From positions 1-64,000 of the forward strand of contig NW_014569531.1 of NCBI RefSeq assembly GCF_000743755.1: a stretch of 64,000 nucleotides of DNA, read 5' to 3'. This DNA comes from Blastocystis sp. subtype 4 (Eukaryota). Positions 40,801-54,829 of this stretch are shown here, one piece after another. A program made the position numbers and the translations under genes. The notes under the pieces were generated by a model, which saw only the letters and a program-made list of their open reading frames with translations, was not told where the DNA came from and ran no database searches. Position 1 is the first letter of the stretch, and each line of letters begins with the position of its first letter.

Positions 40801-43800
40801 TCTTAAACTCCTCAGTTTCCACATCATTCTCATCCTCATTCTCATCCTCTGTATCTGTTCCCAAACACTCACTAATCCGTTTCAAAGCAAACGCAAGAAT
40901 GAGAAGATAAACATGGACATAGCTTTGAAGCTTACTTGCCATGGTACGTATCACATCCTCCAGTAATACCAACAGGCCGGTTATTCGTCTCCAAGAGATT
41001 TGATCACGTCTGTTCCACAACTCATTCACACCTGTGATCACCTCATCAGTTGTTGTAGGGATGTTAGTTGGAAATTCATTGAAGAACCCATTACATGTGA
41101 TCCTAACAAAAACCACCAACTCCTTCTCTTCCAGAGTACATAGATAAGACATAACCGAAGATCGTTTGGAAGAGAGTGTTCCACGATTCAAGCGTGTTCG
41201 TGAAAGAATCCGACCATACAACAACCGTGTGATTACCAACACCATTTCAAATCGATCTTCATTCTTAACCATACCCTCAGAAGCACTTAAGAAGAACGTT
41301 GTGATACAATCACGGAATGTCAAATCATCACACATCAGTAACAGTTGGTCTTTGTAAGCTTTGATGTGACTTGGTTCACTTCGATCATAGCTCCAATCCA
41401 TTTGACTATTTGATTTCAACCCATAATAGTCACAGAGAATCTCAACACAGATCTTCTGAATCTCACTATCACTTCGCATCAACAAGTTCATAGTGAAATC
41501 TCTGATCACTTGTTCTGCAAATATATTCTTCACTTGCTCACCTAAGTTCTTTAACAGTTTTAGGAAAATCAGTAATCGTTTTGAACTCTCTCCATTTGAC
41601 ATACATGGGTTCATACTCACATAATTGCCAACAATTAAGGAATCCCCGCGATATGAACGAATATACGGATCATCTCTTGTGGCTGATGCAAAGAAATGAT
41701 CACGAATGAACAGAAGGAAGAGAGTGATATAATCGCGGTTATACTTGTATAACTGTGGAGCGATTATTGATAACAGCGAATATAAGGAATTCCAAATATA
41801 TGAACTATCAGCACAACTACAATCAAACCCTTACTGAACACCTACTCAAAGAGAATCTCATCTGAAGACGAATAGATACATGATCGAGGAACTCTCATAG
41901 ATCCATACTTCACACTTAGCTGAATACGAATGAAAGGTCGTTCTCTCAACTGGAGATGTTCTTCACGAACTTCCGTTACTTCACTCTGTAGTTCCTTCTC
42001 CTTCTCTTCTGTCTCCATTGCCTCAGCTGAAGGATTAGGTTTGGCAGATTCAATCTCTTCTCGAGTATACAACACTCCATCCTCATCGACGTATCCACTG
42101 ATATGAAGCAGACGTGTTTGAAAACAAGACCAGACTTCAGCTGGATACAAACGAGTGAGAGTTTCAAGAGAAGAAGAGGCCTGTTTCCACAACGGGGACC
42201 ATTTGATTGAAAAGACCCCAAATAGATACGAGATTACAGCCAGAACCATTTCTTTAGGGAGAAGTTTCAAGTAACAAGGAGTCAAACAACGTTGAATCAG
42301 TGCGATTCGAGTGGCTTCCCCTTCTAGAGTAAGAGGAAGTTCTTCCGCTTGGAGAAGAATGGAAAAGGTTTGTGTGGTTCCTATGTATGCAGGGACTTCA
42401 GAAGAAGAAGGATCCAGGAGGTACTAGGATAAAAGTGAGACGAACATGTGTACTTCAGGTTGAGTGAATTCACAGAAGAATTGTAACCAGGATTCTCGTA
42501 ACAAATGAGAGGATGAAGAAAGAATTGGATGATACTGAGAGAGAAGAGAGCGTAGTAAGGATTCAGTAAGAGAACTTGAAGGAAGACGATGAAGATTAAC
42601 TAAGCATAAGTCATAATTCTTGACTTTACCAGCAATCTGCTTCATGATAACAGGTTCACGAGACATAGAATGTATTACTGTCAATATCCAATCAATCGAT
42701 ACATCTCCACTCATTACACCTTGGATACATTCACTCATACACACAATTTCTTCATTGGACCATTGCTTTATGCTCAACCGAGAATGAGTATGAGATACCT
42801 CATACTCACTGATACGTTTCTCAATGAACTGCTTACAGATTGCTCGCGAAGATGTTGTTAGAGCATTCATCTCATTCAAAACATGAAGAATCTGACTCAA
42901 AGGCCTCAGATTGAGTGACTCAGTCAATTGTTCATTCATTCGATCCATCATCCGTTTCATATTCTCACAATCCTTCACAGATTCCTTCGTGTTCTCATCC
43001 AATTCGTCAACGCTATCACAAAGCAACACTAGAGTTCTATCATTCAACTCACTCTTCAGACACAAGCCAAACACAGCATCAACCAGACTCTTCATCATTG
43101 CTGTACCTCCAACATTCCTATTCAATGCATTGAACAGATAAGTGGAGTATTCATGGATTCGCAAAAACTAGGACTAATTCCAGTATTCCATTTATACTAT
43201 TGTTTCTGAATAAGTTGAAATACTTCCAATCAAAGCCACAAATCGTTGAATCAACTTCAACTGTACAGTGATCTTGCTTTGATTATGAGAACAATACGTC
43301 CAGAGAGCGTAGGTAAGCGATAGCAACGAACCTCTCAAATCATCACTAGCTGAAGGATTGGTGAAATGAATTACTTGCTACAGATCAAGGAGAGATGGAA
43401 CGTCTACCTGAAGACATGCATCAAACACTGCTGGATTGGCTTCACAATGACTGCCATTATTAAACTGTATCCAGATTGTGAGAATGTCAATCAAATTACC
43501 AGCATGAATAGGATCACAGTGAGATAGACTCTCCAAGATTGCCATGATAAAGCCATTACTATGTACAGGAAGAATATACTCAGCCAACACATATTGCAAC
43601 TCCAGCATCACTGATATGAATGTCGTTGAAGGCATATTTGATCCATCCTTCTCAAGTGATTTCTTTCCAATTACGATGTCTAATAGAGACTTATAGATCC
43701 CTAATCCATGTTGTCTGGCTTGACCACTCACACCTCGGATTGATTCAAAGAGAAGTGAGGAAATGCCAAGAATCATCGAATCACTAATTGTTGGTTTCCG

Positions 43801-44663
43801 TGCCACTGCTTTCAGAATTATTGTTAATTCTTTGATTTGCTCATTTAATTGCTCTTTGGAAAGGCGTTTAGCACTGCTTTCAGTTCCATTTCCTTGATGG
43901 GATCGCAATCCCATGTGACGAAGCAAATAACAGTAGGATTCACAAGCAAACTGACGAATGAATGGGGCACGATTTCCAAATAGTGGGCCATAATACTTAC
44001 GTATAAGTGAAATATTGTTACGAATGTCATTCCCACTAAGATTACGAAACATCAGAACAAGGGTCTGAAAGACGTTAGAAGTACGTTCTGGTTCTTTCTG
44101 GTCCAAAAGAGAGAGCAAAGCAGTTAGAAGCTTATCGTAGTATTTGATCAGTTCTCCTCTACAAATGGAAATTCAATAGGATTTGAACCTCATATCAATG
44201 GAAAGGGTGACAATCAATTCGAGGATAGAGTTTAAGGCTTGTGTATTCGGGACTAAAAGATGTTCTACAGTAATATCCACAACTGTAGAGAGATTGTGAA
44301 GCAACATCTCCGGACTTTGGACCTTATTGAATACCTAGGCATAATATACATCCCATTCAATGCACCTCATTAAAATAAAAGACAAAATCATCACAAATCT
44401 CGAAATTGTTGCGGATGTTCTTCAACTCTTCCAGGAAGTGAGTTGAATTGTCTGCAATCTAGAAATTAGACTTTTCATAATCTCTGTTACCTTTTCAGCT
44501 CGCTTGCTATAGCGTAAAGTGGCTACCTGGACAACACTGTTCACAGTGGTCACTCGATCTTCGAAGTTCAAATACCGAAATCTAAGAATCGTAGATAGAC
44601 GTTCATTTCATACCTTCGGCCTGAATTCGTCAAACTGTTGAACTCTTTCACACGGTCACCCAT
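34856..44663 (-). CDS. UTP20: U3 snoRNP/SSU processome HEAT protein UTP20 (DRIM)
   Basis: N-terminal RFRYLNFEDRV, FIRQFACESYCYLLR, ITRLLYGR, FVLKNVDYDEPSGR and a basic C-terminus AVTNPKAAVERKRRRNL. Span ~9.8 kb with many short introns. Confidence 0.88.
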
Positions 44664-44788
44664 CTTATTCTAGAATAATTAAAGAATCAATGGAAGATAA
44701 TTCAACAGAAAGAGAGACCTGTTGAAAAGAATTCTGATTAACAATCGTTTTCATAACAAACAATCCCAAAAAAATAGAAACAATAGTT

Positions 44789-47541
44789 CTAAAATAGTTC
44801 TTCATAATATGAAGGTTGAAGATTATAACAGATAGGAAAATTAGTCACATTCTGGTATTCGCTAGTCAGCCATTCCTGGAAACCATTATAAACCTTTCTC
44901 ATTTGGTTTCCAGGTCCTAATGTACGAGAATACATCTTACGGAAAGTAGAACTACAAGTGAATCAACTCAATGAGAACATACTCAGGATGAGGATAATCA
45001 GTAGCAAAAGCATGATTTAAAACATAAAAAGAAAAACCGGCTTGACGAAGATGTTCAAAGAATTGAACCTTATTATAACCGTAATTAGTAAAAAGGGGAT
45101 AAAACAGAGGAGATTTCCTGGAATACTTCAGCATCATGTATCTACAGATTAGTGTGCCTATTGAATAAAAACGGTTCCATCATATCAGTAATAAAACAAC
45201 GGACACGAGAAACATGAGATTCAGAAGAAGCAACATACCATTCAGGCATCAAATACATCTAAGTGAGAACTACCAACTAACTCCAACATGAGTTCGAATC
45301 AATCGTTTGTTTGAAAAACAGTTCTTAGAGCTCACACAAGCAATAAGCTCGTATTTGTTCTCTGGTTGGAAAGCATTCGTACTAATCTCTGATTCATTCA
45401 TTTTTATCATACTAATAAGCACAGGACTCTGCTCCTGAGCATTTCTTCACAATACTATCATGACGATAGAAGAATATTGGAAGAATAACAGCACTCGAAT
45501 CACTCTGAATAATCGTTTGTGGAATTTTCTTTAACTCGTCATAAGTATTCACTATTTTTGTCATTCCAAAAATATTCAATACCACTAACACGCAAATCCA
45601 TATCCAGAATCAAAAAATGAGTTGTACGAATATTACGAATAGCCAGATTCCTAAGTTCATTAATTGGGAAAACATTGTAATGTGGATGCATCCGATCAAC
45701 CAAATACAAAATGAACGTCAGACGTTTAGGGAAATGATGACGATTAATAAAACGAATTGCATAGAACTCATTCTGAGAAGGTGTATGCATTACAACAACA
45801 ATAGGGCTATCCATCAATTGCATACAAAAGAAATACCCTCTGTAACGGTACAAGACATTACGAAGAGAAAACAATCGATTATAACTATAAATGACCATAA
45901 CCGCGGTTATGTCATAGGTTGCATTTGCAGAAGGAAACCATGCTATTCTATGAAATACCATTTTCAGACCTACGTTTAGCTTCTGTACTCACTTCACTTT
46001 CTTCTCTATCCCCTACAAACTTCCGAATCAGAAAATGTTCTTGATATATAGAATGTGCCACAAATCGTTTAATGCCCATCGGCATTGGACAGCCATCACA
46101 GAGTGAAGGATTATCTGAGTATACAAACACATTTTGATATGACTCTTGCCTATCTCCTCGTCGTGATGACTGCAGATTCTTATACGCTGTGTAGATCTCC
46201 ATTTGTGTGACTGGCCTGTTTGATGATACTAACCGTGATTGTTGAATTTGTTTCCGCAACCGTTCCCATTCATCTTCACGATCCAACTGGAGTTCTGCTG
46301 TCATCTCCTCGTATTTCTTGAGTGCCGTTTGAAAGCAACTTGAATGATTCATTCGTTCCGTTAGGGTAGTTACAACTCGCATCTCTCGTTGACGGATTCG
46401 TTTGAATACTAATCGTGTATGACGAATGTCCATATGATCAGCAGGTAAACGGATACTCTGATCCTGAAGTGTTTCATTCTGCATGATCAGGAATTCTGTC
46501 ATATTCCTTGTATCATAATCATGTTTAAGGAAAGGAGCATCGTACTTACGATTCCTGTAACGACAAGCTGCTTGTGATGAGAATGCGTAATGAGTTCGAG
46601 GCAGTTCTGATAAACCCTTCTTTGTGACTCCTGATACCAGCAATGAACATGACTCTTTCCCTACTGTGATGTCCAAATAAGCAGGTTCTTCAGGATCTGT
46701 GATAATCCCTTCATCAATAAAATCCTCTGGAACATCATCATAATAACGAATCCGCTTAGGTCGTGGTTTCTTCAGAACAGTCTTGTTAGATGAGTAAGAC
46801 TTTAAAGACGTAACACTGGCTGATTTAACCACTTTGGGCTTTTGTAAAACAGATGATGGTACTGGAGATACAACTCGAATCAAATGTTGACTTGAATCAT
46901 TCTTCTTCTCTTGTTCATTTTGAGGTTGATTTGGAGTTGACTCATTAGTCTGGTTAGAAGACTGATCTGAAGTTGGCTCCTTAGTCTGTTCAAAAGACTG
47001 ATCTGGAGTCTGTTCCGTAGGCTGGTCAGAAGACTGATGTAGAGTTAACTCATTAGTCTGTTCAAAAGATTGAGCTGGAGTCTGTTCCATAGTCTGCTCT
47101 TCAGTCTGCTCCTCAATCTGCTCTGAAACCAGTTCCCGAGTCTGTATCCCAGAAGCTGGTAACAGTGTAGTAAATGAATGCATCAAAACAGGAGGTTCTG
47201 TAGTAGCAGCGGGTGCATTAGTCAAAACACAACCCTCACATACAACATCCTTAACTTTAGATGGGAAAAATCGACTATCACGAACCCGACTTACATTTCT
47301 TTCCCCAGAGACTATAAATTGAGAGAAAAATAAGAACAATCTACAAGAACGCAAATCAAGTCTAACGATTCGGATAGATCTTGATCTAACAGAACGATAA
47401 TTGTTAGATCTACAAAATATTAGACTCCAGACTCAAAAACTCTTACGATGAAACAGACGACCAATAAGGCAATGCAACAAGTAAAAGGACTAAAAATAAG
47501 ATAGCTGTGAACCGTTGATTCTTAATCAACCGCTCACTCAT
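44789..47541 (-). CDS. GT49 (LARGE/B4GAT1-like) glycosyltransferase, type II membrane, long stem
   Basis: [25 protein letters not shown] (DxD) and [29 protein letters not shown] motifs; N-terminal TM. Confidence 0.8.
46921..47130 (-). repeat. Degenerate coding tandem repeats (EQT/DQSFEQT) in the GT49 stem
   Basis: [25 protein letters not shown]...[30 protein letters not shown] recurs 72 bp apart (46981, 47053). Confidence 0.7.
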
Positions 47542-47719
47542 ACCCGTCGTATTGTTATTGAGATACCAGGAATAAAAACTAAATATCCTTGTTTTCTGGA
47601 AACATTCCACAGTTCACGTGCTGCTAGAAAACGGTTGTTACAGTGAAGGTAAACCATAATCAAACCCTATAAATCTATTGTTGCTTAACGATTGCTTGAT
47701 CACAGCTTCTATAGGACAA

Positions 47720-49404
47720 ATGTTGGATTCCTTCCGTATTATTATTCGTAGGTATTTCAATTCAACTATTAGACGGTTTGGTGGGTTTCTTCCATTTTGG
47801 AGGCAGTCGTGGCAGCGGAGACAGTCCTGTATTCGAAGTATTTATGTCCCTATTCTAAGTAATTTACATCCAGTTGGAGTATTAGCTCGATGCTATTCTC
47901 AAGAACGACAAAATGTATTTATTTGCAGAAACTGTGGAAAGGAGTATACGAAATGGCAAGGTCAATGTTATGCTTGCCATACTTGGAACACCATTGAAGA
48001 AAGGGAGAAAAATATGAGTGTGAAGGGAAGTAACCCACGAGTAAAACGGATTCAACCACTTAAATTGAATGATATTGTTCCTAATGCTCATTCTCGCATC
48101 CATCTCCAGGGAAACGAGATTAACCGTGTATTTGGAGGTGGAGTTGTTCCTGGATCGTTAGTATTGATTGGAGGTGAGCCTGGAATTGGGAAAAGCACGC
48201 TGTTGTTGCGGATGGCTTCGGATATATGTCAAAACTCTACTGGAGGCGTATTGTATGTTTCTGGAGAAGAAAGTGAGGATCAAGTGAAACTTCGATGTGA
48301 TCGTCTCGGAGTGAAAGATGCCAATTTGTATCTCGTTCACGAAACAAACTTGGACTCTGTCATTCAATTGGTCGAACAGAACATGGCTACTCAAAATCCC
48401 TTTACTGCAGTGGTGATTGACTCTATTCAGACTGTAGAAACACAAGAATGTCCTTCACCTCCTGGGTCTGTTGCTCAGGTACGATTCTGTACCTCCCGAC
48501 TTCAAGATCTTGCCAAATCATTGAATACCACTGTTCTAATTACAGGGCATGTCACGAAATCAGGAGATATAGCAGGACCACGTACATTGGAACATATGGT
48601 GGATACTGTTTTGTATATGGAGGGAGATCCCATCACGCACACTCGTATTCTGCGGAGTATGAAGAACAGGTTTGGAGCAAGCAATGAGATTGGAGTGTTT
48701 GATATGACAGATAAAGGTCTTTCGGAAGTAGCAGATGGAGTCATTCCTCATTCTATAGAAGTCGGATCTGTACTCCTGCTTTCTCACAAATATTCCACGG
48801 AATACAAGGGATGGAACCACTATTCCAGTATTATCTGAAGGTTCTTGTGTGGGTATCATCATGAATGGGTCTCGTTCACTTCCTGTAGAGGTATCTATTG
48901 TTGTTGTGTTCGACATAGTTCCAAGCACTTACAAGCAAGGTGAATACACAATTTCGACCTCCAATCAGCCGATGTATTGGTTTGTCATATGATCGACTAC
49001 AAATGTTGTTGGCTGTTCTAAAGGCAAAGGAAAAGATATCAATCGGGAGCTGTGATGTGTTTGTGAGTGTTGTAGGAGGAATTCAAGTGTTGGAGTCAGG
49101 CTCGGATCTACCTGTGGTTATGAGTCTGGTATCTGCGATGAAGAAGGAATCTCTGTTATCAACTACATGTTTTGTTGGGGAGGTTGGGTTGACAGGTGAA
49201 TTGCGACCTGTCCAGCAGATGGAGAGCCGGTTGAAGACAGCTTCTTCGTTGGGGTTCCTTCAGTGTTATACAGCATATGCAGAAGGATCAACGATTAAAG
49301 ACCACTATGTGAGAAATGAGGAAATGAGTCATTCATAGGGAAATATGGAAGTGATTCAGATGAAATGGGTCAGAGATGTTATTGATGACATATTTGAGTC
49401 ATGA
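47720..49404 (+). CDS. radA: DNA repair protein RadA/Sms (bacterial-type) with putative organellar targeting peptide
   Basis: C4 finger CRNC...CYAC, Walker A GEPGIGKST, YVSGEES, IDSIQT, KNRFG and a Lon-like C-terminus GEVGLTGELRPV. The N-terminal extension is Arg-rich and acid-poor. Confidence 0.93.
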
Positions 49405-49477
49405 TTCTGTTTGTTGAATCGAGTCAATATCACTAAGGATATGATTCTTCAAAGTTCATTATCTCACATTGAATAGT

Positions 49478-52075
49478 ATGAATCGAAGATTCTTTCTCTT
49501 ATTCATCTCGGTGATTGCCTCTTCACTAGCAATGACAGAAGAATCACGTTCTATCGCTTTAGCTTTCACATCCAATATTCTTTCTGGAATTAATGCGCTG
49601 CCTCAGGAAATGCAACTCGAAACAGTTGAAGTACATCAGTTCTATAGCAATAACGATTAGAAAATGCTTATAGATCAGCAAACAAGGCGAAGATTGGATG
49701 GGGAAGAAATCAGAGAGATCTTCTATGTTCAACTCCAACCTGAAACACCTCAGTATGAGATTCTAGACTGCATCCAACAACAAGATCCTCTATCGTAAGA
49801 TCTCGATTGGGTTTTGAGATGTAGCGAAGCCGAGATGGTTGGAGGAAATAGCCACTCCATCATCGTCTATACTACAATATCTCTTCTAAATACACTTTTG
49901 AGCGAAAACAGTGGTGTGATCACGTTCTTCCGATTTCCTCCAATTTCCAAAATTACTGTGCAACTAATGAACAGTATTCAAGAACAGTCCTCAGAACCGA
50001 TTGTTTTAGGAATACGATGTATGGGAAAGGAGGATTCTTTGTTACAATGGGAAACTCAACTGACGAATTTACTGGCCACTCCACTGGAGAAAGCAGAAGG
50101 ATCACCAGTGGAACAAATGCTTCATATGATTGAATACATTACAATGAAGAGTTGGGATGATGATTGTGAACCATCTGTATCCATCCTTCCTGTAGATGAT
50201 ATGTACTAGTAAATGAAATTGAAATCGTTTTTATATAGTATTTCTATCTCTTTTGTGGATCTTCCACTTGTAGCAGCATTTTTCGCTTCTCAAGTGAATG
50301 TAATCATGGTAGACAAGGTAATGGATTACACTTTCCCTCCTTCTGTTGACCAGTCACCTGAAGAAGAATCATTGCCTCGTCTACTACGTGACTATGGAGC
50401 ACAGGAAGTGATGAGTACAAGAACCGATGTGCAGCCATTATACAATCATGGTATCCATGGAGAGGAACAACTAATCGGACTAACTGACACGGGGATTGAT
50501 ATCTATAGTTGCTTCTTCTATGATCCAGAACATGAAGTACGATATCGGATTGGCGATGCTGATACTCTTCATCGCAAGATAAGCATCTACATTCCGTATA
50601 GTAATGATAGAGAAGACGGAGTTGATGCTCATGGCACTCATGTTGCAGGAACGTTGGTTGGTGAGTCTAAACAAGATGATCGTTATAATGTATCTAAATC
50701 CCTTTTCATTAATTCTCAGGGAATTGCATATAAGGCTAGACTAGTGTTTGAAGATATTGGAGAAGGATCAGGTTCCAATGCTAAACTTCAAACACCTCGT
50801 CGGATTGTGAATCTTGTTGATATGGTCTACAGTCAAGGAGCACGTATTCATAGTGCTAGTTGGGGAGCTTATGCCTCCACCTATACTTCTGATACATCTT
50901 CTATTGATAGTTTCATGTTGTTTTTCGATCAAAATATTACTCTAGATCAAATCATCCTGATTGCTTGGTTGTTTTTGCCGCAGGAAATGATGGTGAAAAG
51001 GGGTATTCCAATGAATGTCCTATAATCTATAGAGAAGGAAGTGTATATTCTCCAGCAAGTGCTAAGAATGTGTTAAGTGTGGGATCTGTGTACAATTCTC
51101 CATCATATAATGATATTCGTGCATCGTTCTCTTGTATGGGTCCTACATCAGATGGTCGAATCAAACCGGATATTCTAGCACCTGGAGTGAATATTGATTC
51201 GGCTGGGTCCAGTGGAGAGCAGGAAGAAACCTGTCGACTTGCAGTGAAGTCAGGAACCTCCATGTCCACACCCATTGTCGCAGCTACGGCTTCTCTCTTC
51301 TCTCAGTATCTTCAAGAAGGGTTCTATCCAACAGGAGAAGCCGTTCCTGAGAATGGGTTCATTCCCACAGCAGCCACTCTCAAAGCAATGGTCATCCATA
51401 GTGGGCAGTCGATTCGTGGAGAAGGGAATCCACTCTTCCCTAAAACCATATCGACTCCTCTTCCTGACAATCATCAGGGGTTCGGTAGGATGGATGTGAA
51501 AAGGTAGAAGCACTGAATATGATTGATGAATAGTGTATTGTATTGGAGGAATGCATCATCCTTCAATCTTATGATCCACGAGTGGGAGGTGAATCGGACC
51601 ACAACGCATCTCTTCTTCACAATGCTCATCAATCCGACAAAGCAACTGAAACTAACACTGGTGTGGACGGACCCTCCAGCCTCAACATTCAGTAGCAATG
51701 TGATGGTTAATGATCTCGATCTGACTGTGGACTACAACGGAACCATATATTATCCAAATAAGTAGTCATCATCAAATCAAGTCACTCTTAGTCTCAATTC
51801 TTTTGACAGGAAAAATAATATCGAAGTGATTCTGATTCCAGCAAAGACCATTCCTCAACAGCAAGCAAATATTACTATCAACATCGATGCATATCGTTTA
51901 GAGACCAAATCTCAAGTATATCTCTTCCCAGTCTCTCATTCTGTAGCCTTTTTCACTGATAGTCACAGGAACGTTTGATACCGAGAACCAGCCTATAGTA
52001 TATAGTGACTCAGCCCTTCGACCCACAATCTCAATTTTCCTTCTTATAATCGCCACAATTTTTATAATCATTTAA
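49478..52075 (+). CDS. Subtilisin (S8, KP-43-like) protease with signal peptide and C-terminal hydrophobic tail
   Basis: DTG, HGTHVAG, FAAGN and SGTSMS catalytic motifs; DGRIKPD, QGFGR, TLVWTDPP and NDLDL. Ends SDSALRPTISIFLLIIATIFIII*. Confidence 0.9.
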
Positions 52076-52189
52076 TAAAATACCTGTTTTCAATTACATG
52101 CGTTATGACTTAACCATCAACTTTGTACAAAGTGTAAGTGCTCGGGTTTTGAGAATCCTTTCTTTTCGTATCTCAATTAATTCTTTGTA

Positions 52190-53362
52190 ATGGTAACGTA
52201 CTTTTATTCTGTTTTGTTGATTACCATGTAGAACAGAAGAAAAGAAGAGGAACATCATTGTATCCTTCCTCTTTCTATGTCTCTCGTACTGATACTCTTT
52301 CTGATTGACTTTCGTAGATTCTTCTTTTTTATGTATATCTGGAGTTCATTTTTCCAGTTGTTTCATTCGTTTTCGATCATCAAGTCTTCGTTCATATTTC
52401 TCTTTAACGTATCAGATTTATCGGCGTTGCTATATGTATGATCCTATTTGTGTTGAGCAATCTGAAAGCGTTATCTCTTGAAGTTGCTGAAGCAAGAGAG
52501 GTACATCTCTCTTTTGCAGTAATGACCATCTTCGAGTAGTCATTACGGGTAGAATATTATCTGTAGGGTATTAAATGAAATCGCCCGTAATTTAGCTGGT
52601 TATCTTCATGTTCCTGGACCGATGCTGAAAGATATTGGCTTCATGTTGATTCCGGAGTTTCACAATCAACTTTTAGCAAGGTTTGGGTACTTGATTATGA
52701 GTCGTACCAATCATTAGTGATGTGCTTTCATTTATTCCATTTATCATATTGTGCTATTTAGCATTGCGAATGGACGGAAACCACATCGGTAAGTTCCTCA
52801 GTGACAACCTCCGCATTTTCTCCATTTATTACCTTGTTCGCGCCTTCTGTGAGCCTGTAACACTTCTTCCTGGACCTGCAGTTCATTGTCGTCCTGGAAG
52901 TACATTCAATCCACCAAAAGAGTAGTTTTCGATAATCTTTATGATGAGTAGTTGGGTTGATATTGTGGCGCATATGCCTGTGGATGGTCTTTCATTCTCA
53001 TCTTGTGGAGATCTGATTCCTTCTGGACATATTGGTTTTACTGTGATGGGACTAATCGCGATCATGAGAGCTCTTCCTAAGCGATGGACACCCTGTAAAG
53101 AAGTGGAGTGACAGTAATGAATAGATCGAAGGGGTTTGTCGGTAGTGTGTATTCTGTATGTGTTTGTAACCATCTTCTTCATTCTTGCTTATCGAAAACA
53201 CTATACTGTCGACCTTATTGTGGGTATCTTTTTATCAGTCTTTATGTAAGTCAACAGGTTGGAATGAATTGTAGTTCTGTTTTATATCGCGATGGATGGT
53301 CTATAACTTTGATATCAAACGAGCCACAGTATGAACCTCTGTCTGTGGTCGTTTCAAACTAG
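52190..53362 (+). CDS. IPCS: Inositol phosphorylceramide synthase / sphingomyelin synthase family
   Basis: YLHVPGPMLKDIGFMLIPE, TLLPGPAVHC, SCGDLIPSGH and RKHYTVDL (catalytic H/H/D), close to plant-type IPCS motifs. Confidence 0.82.
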
Positions 53363-53456
53363 AATCCTGTTTGTTTCAATACATAACGCAGATGGCGGGA
53401 ATTTGTTGGAGGGAATACTTCCACGGGAATTCCGAATCCATTGTTTGAACTTAAAG

Positions 53457-54793
53457 ATGGATGAAGTGGAAAACAGTTTGGAGATTCGATCTCCTATGAC
53501 TGTTAAGAAGTATGAATGAGTTGAATTTCCTCAAAACCAGACGAATTGTTCCGTTTTCAGATACTCAAGGTCTGTCTCCATCTCCAGTAGTTCGGTTTAG
53601 TTATGAGGCTTTATTAATAGCGATCTACCAAGAAACGGAAGGAACAAGCTCTGGATGCTTCTCCCAAAGATGATTCATTTGAAATGATCGATGTGGAAAA
53701 GGAGGTTCAAAATCTCTTTACAGATCCTGTAACCCATTTGCGAGTATTGCCGTTTTTTGTGGATTAATTCTAGTCATTGCAACCTATGACATCTCCACAA
53801 CAGATTGAAAACATAACTTCGGATCTCCAAAATTCGATAGACGAATTTCGGTCTTTTATCTCTTCAAATATTGTATCTATTTACTATAATGTATTCTGAA
53901 TAGTCTCGACTGTCAGAGCAGATATCCCAGTCTTTCACGAAATCCTCTTCTTCCAACTCTCAGTCTGCTTCTTCCGATCCTATAGTGGAAAAGGAAACAA
54001 AAGACGATAGTATCGAACGGATTCTCAAGATCGTAACTCAGAATAATCAGATGTTAACGACTCTGTCTTCGGAACCAAAGCAGGAGAAGTCAAGCGATGC
54101 TTTAAGAACGGAAATGAATCAGTTACGAGCAACTCTTGAAGCTGAAAGTGCCAAATGTAAGAAGCTTCTAACCTTGTTGGATGACACGATCCATGAAAAT
54201 GATATAGTGAAAATGATTGACTTTACTGATCTGTAGATGGGGGAAGATCTGGAATCCATGCGAGTGGAATTGAGTAAGAGAATCTCTTCGGAGATTGAAT
54301 ATGTATGATGTTTAGTATGAGTCTCATGTAGACGGTACTCTATAATGGAATGAAAGAAAGTGTGGAACAGTCAGAAGCTGCCATGTTGGAGTATCGAGAT
54401 CATTGTGAGAAGCTTGAGGAAAAGGTCCAAGAACTGGAGAAACGACTCCAATATCTTCAGAAACCAATGCCTGAATGTGAAGAAGATGAAGTATCGCTTC
54501 CTGAAGAGACTGTCGAAATCAAACAGGAATCAGATGTCAAGAAGCTTCAATCGATGGTAAATACCTATCTGTTTACGAATCAAACCTTGATTCAACAAGT
54601 GGCAGAATGGAGAACACGATACCTTCAGAACTCGAATAAGGAGTGGAAATCAGAGATGGAGAAACGGATCCATTCTCTGGAAGAAGAGAATAGTACCTTG
54701 AAGAAGGAGAATGAGGAGATGCGTGGACTTCTTAGTAAAACGGATTTGACTGATTATCAGTATATTGAGGATTCGTCATCTTTAGCTGATTAG
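53457..54793 (+). CDS. Hypothetical coiled-coil protein
   Basis: Spliced E/K-rich heptad exons (53985-54236, 54350-54793). TAG at 54791-54793, then TGTTTGTA. Confidence 0.6.
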
Positions 54794-54810
54794 AACTGTA
54801 CAATAGACAT

Positions 54811-54825
54811 TGTTTGTAACAAACA
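54811..54825. terminator. Bidirectional 3'-end element TGTTT-N5-AAACA (perfect 7-bp arms)
   Basis: TGTTTGT-A-ACAAACA between the coiled-coil gene and SMN. Confidence 0.75.
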
Positions 54826-54829
54826 TGGA

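Noticed and set aside
52260..52317. GTATCCTT as a U12-type 5' splice site in IPCS
   Set aside because: A continuous frame is obtained by treating it as exon (VSFLFLCLS) followed by an ordinary 32-nt intron, and there is no clear U12 branch point.
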